A stretch of DNA of 63,461 bases. Source: a virus (taxonomy: Duplodnaviria > Caudoviricetes). Each line of letters starts with the position of its first letter. The stretch's first letter is position 1. This document shows, one piece after another, positions 8,737 through 17,253 of this stretch. The notes beneath the pieces are model-generated. The model had not been told where the DNA came from and did not search any database. It saw nothing but the letters and a program-made list of their open reading frames with translations. The stretch lies in the IMG/VR virus record IMGVR_UViG_3300034092_001286, positions 1 to 63,461 of that record; one strand, given 5' to 3'. Position numbers and translations under genes: made by a program.

Positions 8737-9348
8737 TTAACTTTCATTTGCTATCTCCAATAAAACATCACCATGACACGCCTCGGGCGCGCAGAAACAC
8801 ACAAGGTCTTTGCCGCGTAGCTCGCGCTTGGCTGCCACATACAGTTCGGGGTTGAGCACCAGATACAGCCTATAACGCTCGATGACCTCCTCCCGTGTGC
8901 CGTGCTTGTCTATGACATACGGGTTAGCCCACTTGGACGGTCGACCGATATACACGGTATCGAGCGGTGCGACCGGTCCGTTCAGTCGGTTATACAGTCG
9001 GGGCACGTGTGGCTGCTCGACATGCAGGCGCAGACCGAGCCGTGTCGCTATGGCAATCATGTGCTGCGTGCCGGGTGACACGTTGTCCCACAGGGCAATC
9101 AGCGCGTCAGCATGTTCGGCCATCTGCGTATTGCGTAGAAAGCCGGCACGCTTGCCGTGCGTATTCCAGTCAGCAGGATACCGTTCGATCGGCACGTAGT
9201 TGTAGTTCGCCCACCGCTCGCCGAGACGATCCGCGCCGGGTGCAGTGCCCGACAGCACGACTGTCGGTGTCCATCCACACTTGGCGAGCGCACGGTCCAG
9301 CCACGCCGGATCAGTAATGCTGCGACTGCCGGCAATTATTGTGCGCAT
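8737..9348 (-). CDS. SLOG (YspA/DUF2493-like) fused to DUF4326-like domain
   Basis: IIAGSR, SG.APGAD, AG..RN.QM, SPGT.HMI, then VYIGRPSKWANPY..LRGKDLVCFCAP..CHGDVL. Confidence 0.85.
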   Translation of the reverse strand: MRTIIAGSRSITDPAWLDRALAKCGWTPTVVLSGTAPGADRLGERWANYNYVPIERYPADWNTHGKRAGFLRNTQMAEHADALIALWDNVSPGTQHMIAIATRLGLRLHVEQPHVPRLYNRLNGPVAPLDTVYIGRPSKWANPYVIDKHGTREEVIERYRLYLVLNPELYVAAKRELRGKDLVCFCAPEACHGDVLLEIANES

Positions 9349-9590
9349 CAGCACCGCTCCTCACAGAGTTCGGCGACCATGAGCGGTATGTGGCTATAGG
9401 TAGCGCCGACCTTGTCGAACCACTGGATCAGATAGACGAAGCACCAGTCGCTGCACATGCCGTGCGTATATATCGCCTGCAGTGAAACTAATACCGGTCG
9501 CGTGTCGTCTAGTCCGCACATGGTTCTGGTCAGTTCCAGCGCCACGACAAGTTCCGAGTATTGCTCCTGTGTGAGCGGTGTGCTGCTCAT
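9348..9590 (-). CDS. hypothetical protein
   Basis: Coupled start/stop overlaps on both sides. Confidence 0.6.
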   Translation of the reverse strand: MSSTPLTQEQYSELVVALELTRTMCGLDDTRPVLVSLQAIYTHGMCSDWCFVYLIQWFDKVGATYSHIPLMVAELCEERC

Positions 9591-9934
9591 GACCGTTCGT
9601 CATCCAGCAGTGCGGAGAGTTCGGCAGGATCGCTGATGCGGTTCCAATCGCCGCCGCCCCATTGCACTGAGACGGATACTCGCGGCGATTGTGCGGCGAC
9701 GTGCCGCAGCAGGCGCTTGTATCGTTTTGCGTTGGCGTCCTTCAGGGTGAATGCATTGTCTTGGGTGCGGTTGATTATTTCAACGGACATGCTGGCCAGC
9801 GCGTCGGGCTCGCCGACTGCGACAAGCAACGTATTGCCCTCGCCTTCTGGAAAGCCAAATGCGGCACTCGTCATGTCTTGTGCTTCCATAAGTCTGACAA
9901 AGGTGGCAATCTGTTCTTTCATATCGTTCGTCAT
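9587..9934 (-). CDS. hypothetical protein
   Basis: AGGAG RBS; ATGA overlaps. Confidence 0.65.
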   Translation of the reverse strand: MTNDMKEQIATFVRLMEAQDMTSAAFGFPEGEGNTLLVAVGEPDALASMSVEIINRTQDNAFTLKDANAKRYKRLLRHVAAQSPRVSVSVQWGGGDWNRISDPAELSALLDDERS

Positions 9935-10299
9935 ATCGTGTCGCTCCTGTTAGTGATGATTGCATAGCCACCGAGCGACAGCACGAGGTCGCGCCACCGG
10001 CACTGCGCGAGGTATCGCTCGTCACGGTCGCTCGGCTTCCAGTCGGGGTGTTTCACTTCGATGGACGTAAAGATGCCGAGCGTATGGCCGACATGTTCGG
10101 GCAGTATTAGCACGGGTCGTATACCAATCAGGTCCGCACTGGCAATCTGCCTGTTGAGTTGTGGGCTGTCGTTAGCTAGCCCGAACCGCACGGGCCTGCC
10201 GTTACGGTCGGGCAGGACTCCGCAGTTATTTCTCCATAGCCGCCAGCCACGCTGACTGGCGAGGAGTCGTATCTGTGCTTGTACTGACGACTCAGCCAT
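9931..10299 (-). CDS. VRR-NUC family nuclease
   Basis: E..VQ..I, LWRNN.G, ADLIG, SIEVK, Q..W...V...GG. Confidence 0.85.
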   Translation of the reverse strand: MAESSVQAQIRLLASQRGWRLWRNNCGVLPDRNGRPVRFGLANDSPQLNRQIASADLIGIRPVLILPEHVGHTLGIFTSIEVKHPDWKPSDRDERYLAQCRWRDLVLSLGGYAIITNRSDTI

Positions 10300-10666
10300 G
10301 ACACACCCCGTTACGCCTGTCAGTATTTTCCAGCGGTGTCAGCACCTGCAGATGATCGGGATTTACACACGCAGGACGACAGCATTTGTGATCGATCTCC
10401 ATGCCGTCAGGTATCGGACGATGATTCGCTAGTGTCCAGAACACGTGATGCGCATAGACCTTGTAGCCTGTCGATACCGACACGCGCCGATAACCCTTGA
10501 GCGTACCGCCGCCAGTATGACGGTACAGGATGCAGCCTGTCGCTACGTCACGATAGACTGCAGCGGACAGTCTGGCTATCAGTCGTTCTTTGTCCTTGCG
10601 TATCATCTGCACCAGCCATGCGTAAATAATCTGGCCGTTGTAGGCACCGCGTCTGCGTGCGGTCAT
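10292..10666 (-). CDS. HNH homing endonuclease
   Basis: YAHH..W..IP.GMEIDHKC.RPACVNPDHL..T..EN. Confidence 0.85.
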   Translation of the reverse strand: MTARRRGAYNGQIIYAWLVQMIRKDKERLIARLSAAVYRDVATGCILYRHTGGGTLKGYRRVSVSTGYKVYAHHVFWTLANHRPIPDGMEIDHKCCRPACVNPDHLQVLTPLENTDRRNGVCHG

Positions 10667-12273
10667 TTGCTTATCCTCTCGATCAATGCAAGAGCTTCCG
10701 CCCTCGGTAACATCTGCGCCGACGCTACGTCAATGTCATAGCGCAGAAAAAACTCACGCTGCGCCTCGGCAATACTGATACCGCGTGCCGTCCGTGCGCC
10801 GCCCCACAATGCCATCTGTGCGCGCAGTGCGGTCTGTGCTTCCATCCTCTCGCGGTGCTCGCGCTGCTTGCGGCCGACGACCTCGGGACCGGCACCGACC
10901 GGGATCAGCAGCGCATCAGCGCGTGCAATCTCGCCACGCATGCGGGCCAGTACGTCGGGCGTCAGTTCGTTCAGGTCGCCATCCACAACATCAGGACTGC
11001 TGCGCCCGGCATACACGACAGGTGTCCCACAGTACGGGCAGACCACTTTGCTGCGCTCATACACACCAGCGCATTGCAGACAAGACCGAAGCGGGATTGG
11101 ACCTTCGCCCGGTGCGGTCTTGCTGCGCCGGTCGCGACGATCGAGCGTGAAGCTACGGGGTGCATCGGGCAGGCCGTGGAGTAGCACGTTGCCGACGTGA
11201 TCGATGATGATGCCGTGCGTCTTGCCGTTCAGGAGCCGCAGCGCGCGACCGAACTGTTGTATGTATAGAGCATAGCTCTGCGTCGGGCGGGCCATGCTAC
11301 AGACCTCGATGGCCGGGAGGTCGAAGCCCTCGCCGAACAGATCGACATTGACCAGTTGTTTCAGTTCGCCGCTGGCAAACATGCGCAGCAGCTTGTACCG
11401 GATGTTGTCAGGTGTCTTCGCCGATATCGCTTCGGCCGGTATGCCCTGCTGGCGATAGGCTGCAGCCAGTTCAACAGCACTCTCGACATCGACAGCGAAC
11501 GTAATACCGAGCTTACCGGCAGCGATCCGCATGTAGTGCGACACGACATCGCCGTGGATATGCGAGCGTCGTACTGCCTTGCGCAGCGGCTCGGGGCTGT
11601 AGTCACCGCCAGCACTGGTATTCACATCAGACAGATCGAGATCGTTCGGCGGTGCGAAAACACGATACTCGGTCAGGTAGCCGCCGTTGATCAGGTCGCG
11701 CATGCTCGGGCCGATGATCATCACGTCGATCACACCGTCATGGTGCCGACCGAGTCCCTTGCCGTCAGCACGGACAGGCGTGGCAGTCACGCCAAGGCCA
11801 AACGCATTGGGAAACATCTCGACGGTTCTGCCCCACTTGTTGCCGACAAGCAGGTGATGCGCTTCGTCACAGACCCATAGCCGCGTCTGATTGAACAGCG
11901 GGTCTTTCGCCGGATCGCGCCCCATGAGCGTATCGACGCCGGCAGCAGCGACAGATGCGGTAGCGTTGTAGAAACTGGTGCCAAGCTCTATGCCATGTAG
12001 CTGTACGCAGGAGCGGATCAGCGCGGGCTGGCCGATGATGCGGTGCCTGACGTTGTACCGTGCCAGTGCGAGACTGATCTGGCTGACCAGTTCGTGTCGG
12101 TGTGCGATAGCCACACTCGGCGCGATCATGCGGCGCTGGATGTTGGCGAAGGTGACCGTCTTGCCCGCGCCTGTCGGCAGTACTAGCAGCACGTTGCGTG
12201 CGCCGGCATGCCACGCTTCATAGATACGGCGCTCAGCTTCTTGCTGGTAGTCGCGGAGTATCGGTTCAGTCAC
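10663..12273 (-). CDS. SF2 DEAH-box helicase with C-terminal Zn finger
   Basis: LRDYQ, PTGAGKT, DEAHH, TATP, EGFDLP, QQFGRALR, CxxC..CPYC; GTG start at 12273. Confidence 0.93.
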   Translation of the reverse strand: MTEPILRDYQQEAERRIYEAWHAGARNVLLVLPTGAGKTVTFANIQRRMIAPSVAIAHRHELVSQISLALARYNVRHRIIGQPALIRSCVQLHGIELGTSFYNATASVAAAGVDTLMGRDPAKDPLFNQTRLWVCDEAHHLLVGNKWGRTVEMFPNAFGLGVTATPVRADGKGLGRHHDGVIDVMIIGPSMRDLINGGYLTEYRVFAPPNDLDLSDVNTSAGGDYSPEPLRKAVRRSHIHGDVVSHYMRIAAGKLGITFAVDVESAVELAAAYRQQGIPAEAISAKTPDNIRYKLLRMFASGELKQLVNVDLFGEGFDLPAIEVCSMARPTQSYALYIQQFGRALRLLNGKTHGIIIDHVGNVLLHGLPDAPRSFTLDRRDRRSKTAPGEGPIPLRSCLQCAGVYERSKVVCPYCGTPVVYAGRSSPDVVDGDLNELTPDVLARMRGEIARADALLIPVGAGPEVVGRKQREHRERMEAQTALRAQMALWGGARTARGISIAEAQREFFLRYDIDVASAQMLPRAEALALIERISK

Positions 12274-12608
12274 TCGCCGCCCGCCTCTTTGTGCGCCGCC
12301 TCGATGATCGGCTTGATAGCTATCGGCGACTCGCACCGTACCGTCAGCAGGATGGTGCCGGGTACCGGGCCTTTGGTTTGTGTGTAGGTGAGGCTGGCCG
12401 CATCAAGATGTTTCTTGAATATCGACAGTTTCCACGGCTCGATGACAATGCCGGCAACCCGCAGCACTGGCTTCATCTTCTGTTGATGATGCCGATCGCA
12501 CAGCACGCCACCGCCATTACTATGAGTACCAATCTGCGTGCAGCGTTTGCCGTCCCGCCGCTTGGCCGTGCATTGCACACGGTCTTCCTCGTAGCTGCCG
12601 TTACGCAT
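12270..12608 (-). CDS. hypothetical protein with Cys/His motif
   Basis: QCTA..DGKRC...LCDRH; GTGA overlap with the helicase. Confidence 0.65.
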   Translation of the reverse strand: MRNGSYEEDRVQCTAKRRDGKRCTQIGTHSNGGGVLCDRHHQQKMKPVLRVAGIVIEPWKLSIFKKHLDAASLTYTQTKGPVPGTILLTVRCESPIAIKPIIEAAHKEAGGE

Positions 12609-12703
12609 TATTTATATCCCCCTGACCTATTGACGAAGCCGTCAATGTACGATAATCTCCGTCGTGTTGCAACTGTTTTTTAACCCGTCACATGGAGAAT
12701 CAT

Positions 12704-13492
12704 ATGTCCCTTGAACAAGCACTGGCTGCCAATACGGCCGCTCTGCAAGCTCTTACCGCAGCACTGTCGTCCGGTACTGTCCTCCCTCATCCGGCACCGT
12801 CCGCACAACCGGCTCCGATCGTTGCCCCCTCTACTGTGGCTGTCGCTCCAGTGCCGACTGCCCCCGTGGCGACGCTGGATATTTCGCCCGCTCCGACGAC
12901 CGCATTCGCACAGCCTGCTCCGATCGCACCGGCACCGGTCACGACTGCTGCACCCCCTACGGCCAGCCCTGCGGCCAGCGTTGAGCGTGACGCAAAGGGT
13001 ATGCCGTGGGACGGTCGTATCCACGCATCCAGCAAGGCCAAGGTAGCTGACGGATCGTGGCGCTACAAGCGCGGCGTGGATGACACGACCATTGCTCCGA
13101 TCGAAGCTGAAATCCGTGCCGCTCTGACTGCACCTGTGCCGGTCGGAGGTTCCCCGGCGTTTGCCCCGCATCCGTTTTATGAGCCTGCCCCCGTGGTGGC
13201 TCCGCCGCAGGCCGCAGCAGTGGCCGCTATACCAGCCGCTCCCATCCCCGCCGCACCGGCCCCCGTGGTTGCACCCCCGCCTGCAGCCCCTGTGGCGGTT
13301 CCTGTCCCGCCTGTTACCGCCATAACCACATATGACACGTTGATGGCCGCGCTGCCGCCGAAGATCGTGTCTGGCGAACTGACTGCTGCTCAGATGCAGG
13401 AAGCGTGCGAACAGTACGGTGTGCCGAGCATTGCCGCACTGGCGCAGCGTCCCGATCTGGTGCCGTTCATCGCGGCAACGCTCAAGCTCTGA
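12704..13492 (+). CDS. Pro/Ala-rich protein
   Basis: GGAG RBS; low-complexity arms around a D..G.PWD.RIH..DGSWR.KRGV core. Confidence 0.8.
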   Translation: MSLEQALAANTAALQALTAALSSGTVLPHPAPSAQPAPIVAPSTVAVAPVPTAPVATLDISPAPTTAFAQPAPIAPAPVTTAAPPTASPAASVERDAKGMPWDGRIHASSKAKVADGSWRYKRGVDDTTIAPIEAEIRAALTAPVPVGGSPAFAPHPFYEPAPVVAPPQAAAVAAIPAAPIPAAPAPVVAPPPAAPVAVPVPPVTAITTYDTLMAALPPKIVSGELTAAQMQEACEQYGVPSIAALAQRPDLVPFIAATLKL

Positions 13493-13493
13493 C

Positions 13494-14624
13494 ATGAGCT
13501 ATCCAGCCCGAGAACATGCGCAACTGCCGCCAAGCAGTGCGCATTGTTGGGTCCGTTGCGCAGGGTGGCGGTCGCTTCATACCGCGTTCCCTGACAGCGG
13601 GGATACTGTGCCTGCAATGGAAGGCACGGCGGCACACTGGTGCTTCGAGCAGATGTTTGCCGGTGTCATACCGGAGGTCGGTGCGTCAGCGCCGAACGGT
13701 ATCCTCATCACTGACGAGATGCTTGACGGTGCGGAACTGTATGTTGATACGGTGCGCAGCATGGTGCCGGCCACTGGCGCGAGCACGTATGTCGAAGACC
13801 GAGTGTCGATGGCTACGACCGTGCATGACGCGAATTGGGGAACACCCGATACGTTCGCGATTGCACATGACCGCTCAGTAGTGTGGCTCTTCGACTACAA
13901 GTTCGGGCACCGCTACGTCGAAGAATTCGAGAACTGGCAATGCATCGATTATGTCGCTGGTATTTACGATGCGATGTTGCCTGTCGTTGCGTTGCCCGAC
14001 TCGACCGTCGTTCACATTACAATCTGTCAGCCTCGGGTCTTCAATCGCGGCCAGCCTGTCCGCACATGGACGACGACTATCGGTGCGCTCAAGCCGTACT
14101 GGCAGCAACTGGCTGCCGCCGCGCCGCTGGCAATGTGTGACGACGCGCCGTGCGTGCCGGGTGACTGGTGCGAGTTCTGCAACGGTAGGCATGCATGCGA
14201 GGCGCTGCAGCGCACAGCACTGGCCGCAACGGACGCAGCCTACAGCAGCATACCGCTGGTGCTACCGCCCCTTGCTGCGGCTCGGGAGCTACGGGCAATG
14301 CAACGGGCTGCGTCCATGCTCGAAGCGCGCGTCACGGGCCTGCAGCAGCAGTTGCTTGACCTGTGTCGGGCGGGTACCAACGTACCGTATTACAGCATCG
14401 AGCGGGCGCAGGGCAGGCAGCGTTGGACTCGTCCGATAGCGGAGGTCATTGCGCTCGGTCAGATGTTTGGACTGGACGTAAGCAAGCCCGGTGCGATCAC
14501 GCCGAAGCAGAGCGTAAAGCTCGGCGTGCCGGCCGGCGTCGTAGCGCAGATGTCGGACGAACCGCTCGGCGAATGGCGTCTGGTCGAAGCAACGACCGAC
14601 AAGGCGCGGAAAGTGTTTGGATAA
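13494..14624 (+). CDS. DUF2800 / Cas4-like PD-(D/E)XK exonuclease
   Basis: HA.L.PSSA..W..C, EGTAAH, GTPD, DYKFG, I.QPR, PG.WC.FC...C. Confidence 0.85.
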   Translation: MSYPAREHAQLPPSSAHCWVRCAGWRSLHTAFPDSGDTVPAMEGTAAHWCFEQMFAGVIPEVGASAPNGILITDEMLDGAELYVDTVRSMVPATGASTYVEDRVSMATTVHDANWGTPDTFAIAHDRSVVWLFDYKFGHRYVEEFENWQCIDYVAGIYDAMLPVVALPDSTVVHITICQPRVFNRGQPVRTWTTTIGALKPYWQQLAAAAPLAMCDDAPCVPGDWCEFCNGRHACEALQRTALAATDAAYSSIPLVLPPLAAARELRAMQRAASMLEARVTGLQQQLLDLCRAGTNVPYYSIERAQGRQRWTRPIAEVIALGQMFGLDVSKPGAITPKQSVKLGVPAGVVAQMSDEPLGEWRLVEATTDKARKVFG

Positions 14625-14639
14625 CCACAGGAGAACGAT

Positions 14640-14855
14640 ATGCATGAAGGTGACAAAGTGACGGCAGCACAGCAACTTGGCTGCTACAAAGAAAAAGACC
14701 CGATGTCGCAGCTGACGTGCGGCGAGAATTTGGAGCGCAAGATCGCCGAACAAACCGAACGGCTGATGATGCTCGAAGCGGCCAAGAAAGAAATGCAAGA
14801 TACGGGTCTTTACAACGTGAAGATTTCCACGCTGCGCGACACGATGTCGTGGTAA
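14640..14855 (+). CDS. hypothetical protein
   Basis: CAGGAG RBS. Confidence 0.7.
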   Translation: MHEGDKVTAAQQLGCYKEKDPMSQLTCGENLERKIAEQTERLMMLEAAKKEMQDTGLYNVKISTLRDTMSW

Positions 14856-14865
14856 CACGCAACGC

Positions 14866-14895
14866 TTGACAAACCCTAACGGTGTATGCCAACAT
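14866..14895 (+). promoter_or_regulatory. putative extended -10 sigma70 promoter
   Basis: TTGACA, 18 bp, TG-c-CAACAT; similar to 22145-22173. Confidence 0.45.
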
Positions 14896-14933
14896 ACGCC
14901 ACCGTAATATAACCACGTAAGGAGTAATACCGT

Positions 14934-15635
14934 ATGAGCAAGCCTTGCAAACGATGCGGCGGCACTGACAGATACCCTAGTGGTGGATGTAAGCGTTGCG
15001 TATCTGAGCAACGCAAGCTCTGGCAGCAAAACAATCCCGAACGAGTAAAGGAAACACTTGCTGCTTGGATTGCCAAAAAAGTTCCGTGCAAACGGTGCGG
15101 CGGAACAAAGCGCGGGGCGAACGGTACGTGCTCTGCGTGCGCCGCTGCCGATACTAAGCAGTGGAAAAAAGACAATCCAGAGAAGAACAAAGCTCACCGC
15201 AAGGCGTGGCATAAAAAGAATCCTGACAAACAGCGAGCGCGTACCAATAAGTATCACGCAGCACATCCTGAGAAACGGAAGGTAGTTGGCGAGCGTTATC
15301 GTGCCAACCATCCTGAGAAGGTGCGCGAGACTAGGCGTCGAGTTGTAGCTGCTTGGACAAAGGCCAATCCTGAAAAGGTGAAAGCTAACGCAGCGCGTCA
15401 CCGTGCCGGAAAGATTAAGGCCACCCCAACGTGGGCAAACAAATTCTTTATGGAGGAAGCATATGCGTTAGCTCTGTTACGTTCAGCCACGCTTGGATTT
15501 GATTGGCATGTCGATCATATCGTGCCACTTAATTCCAAGATCGTGTGCGGACTGCACGTCGAACACAATCTGCAAGTAATACCAGCGTTACATAACCTGA
15601 CCAAAAGCAATTTGATTTGGCCGGATCAACCGTAG
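14934..15635 (+). CDS. HNH homing endonuclease with Zn-finger N-terminus
   Basis: CKRC repeats; WHVDHIVPL..VCGLHV..NLQVI...NL.KSN; lower GC than the flanks. Confidence 0.88.
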   Translation: MSKPCKRCGGTDRYPSGGCKRCVSEQRKLWQQNNPERVKETLAAWIAKKVPCKRCGGTKRGANGTCSACAAADTKQWKKDNPEKNKAHRKAWHKKNPDKQRARTNKYHAAHPEKRKVVGERYRANHPEKVRETRRRVVAAWTKANPEKVKANAARHRAGKIKATPTWANKFFMEEAYALALLRSATLGFDWHVDHIVPLNSKIVCGLHVEHNLQVIPALHNLTKSNLIWPDQP

Positions 15636-15656
15636 TTACTTTTAGGAGAAATACAT

Positions 15657-16571
15657 ATGTCAATCAATTTGACGAGTCCTGTAGGGAGAATCGTCCAAGG
15701 CGAACTGTGGAAAGCACAGCCCGTTCTCGATCAGCGTACCAACCAGCCGAAGCTCGGCAGCGACAACCAGCCGCTCGTGCAGCACTTCTTTGCACTGGCA
15801 ATCCCCAAGACTCCCGGCCATACCCATTGGGCACAGACCGAATGGGGCCAGAAGATTTGGGCTGAAGGCAACCGTGCGCATCCGAACTTCGCGCCGCACC
15901 CGACGTTCTCATGGAAGATTGAGGATGGCGACTCGCAGGTGCCGAACAAGAAGGGCAAGAAAAACGCAGACCGCGAGGGCTTTCCGGGCAACTGGATTCT
16001 GAAGATGCGCTCGGGCTTTCCGCCCAAGACCTACAACGCCAACGGCAGCGAGATGGTTCCGGCCGAGTCGTTCAAACCGGGTCATTACGCGCAGGTCAAC
16101 ATCAACGTCGCCGGCAACACGGGTGATAGTCCCGGTGTGTATCTCAATCCGGTGATGGCAGCACTGGCTGGCTATGGCGTAGAGATTGTGAGCGGACCCG
16201 ACGTTGCCGAGGCCGGCTTCGGTCAAGGCGTCGCGCTGCCCGCTGGTGCGTCCGCTGTGCCGGTCGGTGGCTTTGCACCGCCCGCCGCAGCAGCACCGGT
16301 ACCGGGCCACCCTTTGGCCCCTGCCGCGCCTGCCTACGCCCCGCCCGTTGGTGCTCCTGCAGCACCGTACCCGCCTATTGGTGCGCCGGCTGCGAGCCCT
16401 TCTAGCCCTGTGGCTGCTCCGAATCCGGCATTCCTTGGCGTGCCCCCGCCCCCTCCCGCTGCACCGGTCCGTAACATGACCGCCAAGGCGGCAGGTGCCA
16501 GCTACGAGCAATTGATCGCAGCCGGCTGGACTGACGCAACGCTTCTCCAACATGGGATGATGACAGCATGA
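15657..16571 (+). CDS. ssb: single-stranded DNA-binding protein (DUF2815 / T7 gp2.5-like)
   Basis: KI.DGD, PG.Y..V.......GVYLN; located between exonuclease and polymerase; Pro/Ala-rich tail. Confidence 0.75.
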   Translation: MSINLTSPVGRIVQGELWKAQPVLDQRTNQPKLGSDNQPLVQHFFALAIPKTPGHTHWAQTEWGQKIWAEGNRAHPNFAPHPTFSWKIEDGDSQVPNKKGKKNADREGFPGNWILKMRSGFPPKTYNANGSEMVPAESFKPGHYAQVNINVAGNTGDSPGVYLNPVMAALAGYGVEIVSGPDVAEAGFGQGVALPAGASAVPVGGFAPPAAAAPVPGHPLAPAAPAYAPPVGAPAAPYPPIGAPAASPSSPVAAPNPAFLGVPPPPPAAPVRNMTAKAAGASYEQLIAAGWTDATLLQHGMMTA

Positions 16572-16789
16572 GCGCCTTCAACGACGGGACCGAAGCCCGC
16601 AAACTTCGGATGAAGCTCGGCCAGAACCAGACGCAATTCTGGTCGCGTGTCACCGTGCAGCAGTCCGCTGCCAGCCGGTACGAGACGGGGCGTGAAATCC
16701 CCGAGTCGGTGCAGGTGCTGCTGATGATGGCATACGGCACCGACAAGCAGGCCGCTGCTGCACTGGCGGGCCTGCGCAAGCAGCCGTAG
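16568..16789 (+). CDS. XRE-family HTH regulator
   Basis: LR.KLG.NQ..FW..V.V.QS..SRYETGR.IP..V. Confidence 0.85.
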   Translation: MSAFNDGTEARKLRMKLGQNQTQFWSRVTVQQSAASRYETGREIPESVQVLLMMAYGTDKQAAAALAGLRKQP

Positions 16790-16833
16790 TGACTCAGTGC
16801 TGCCGTGTGACAGACGGCAGCCATGTACTCACT
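16788..16833 (+). ncRNA. GTGACAG-loop hairpin element, copy 3
   Basis: AGTGA-CTCAGT-GCTGCCGT-GTGACAG-ACGGCAGC-CATGTAC-TCACT; compensatory changes relative to copy 2. Confidence 0.7.
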
Positions 16834-16849
16834 ACAGGAGACGTATAGC

Positions 16850-17041
16850 ATGACCGTACCTGATCACAACGCCCGTATCGATAAGCTGCTCGCCGAAGCT
16901 GTTGGCCGCGATCTGTCGTCGTGGGAGCGCAACGAGTTCCTGCCGTCGCTGCGCAATTTCTGGACGCTCAGTGCCAAGCAGGAAAAGATACTCGCCGACC
17001 TTGAGCGGCGCGTGTATGACGGCGAGGATGATTGCGCATGA
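16850..17041 (+). CDS. hypothetical protein
   Basis: CAGGAG RBS; LSSWE..F..S.....LS.KQ..IL..LE motif. Confidence 0.7.
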   Translation: MTVPDHNARIDKLLAEAVGRDLSSWERNEFLPSLRNFWTLSAKQEKILADLERRVYDGEDDCA

Positions 17042-17253
17042 TGCAAACATACGACGACCACGCACAGATACTGGCTGATCCGAAGGCAACGGCAGACGAA
17101 CTGCGCAGTATTATTGACGATTTGCGAACAAGGCTCTGCCGCATATCGGCAGTGTGCGTGCTTTCATCCCATGATCTAGGGTCATCACCGATCGCTGCCA
17201 TCTTTCGTAGCATTGGTCGGTCTGCAGATGATGTACTCCCTCCTACGCCATGA
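17038..17253 (+). CDS. hypothetical protein
   Basis: ATGA overlaps on both sides. Confidence 0.6.
   Translation: MMQTYDDHAQILADPKATADELRSIIDDLRTRLCRISAVCVLSSHDLGSSPIAAIFRSIGRSADDVLPPTP

Noticed and set aside
13494-14624. CRISPR-associated cas4
   Set aside because: Stand-alone phage DUF2800-type exonuclease in a replication module; no other cas genes or array
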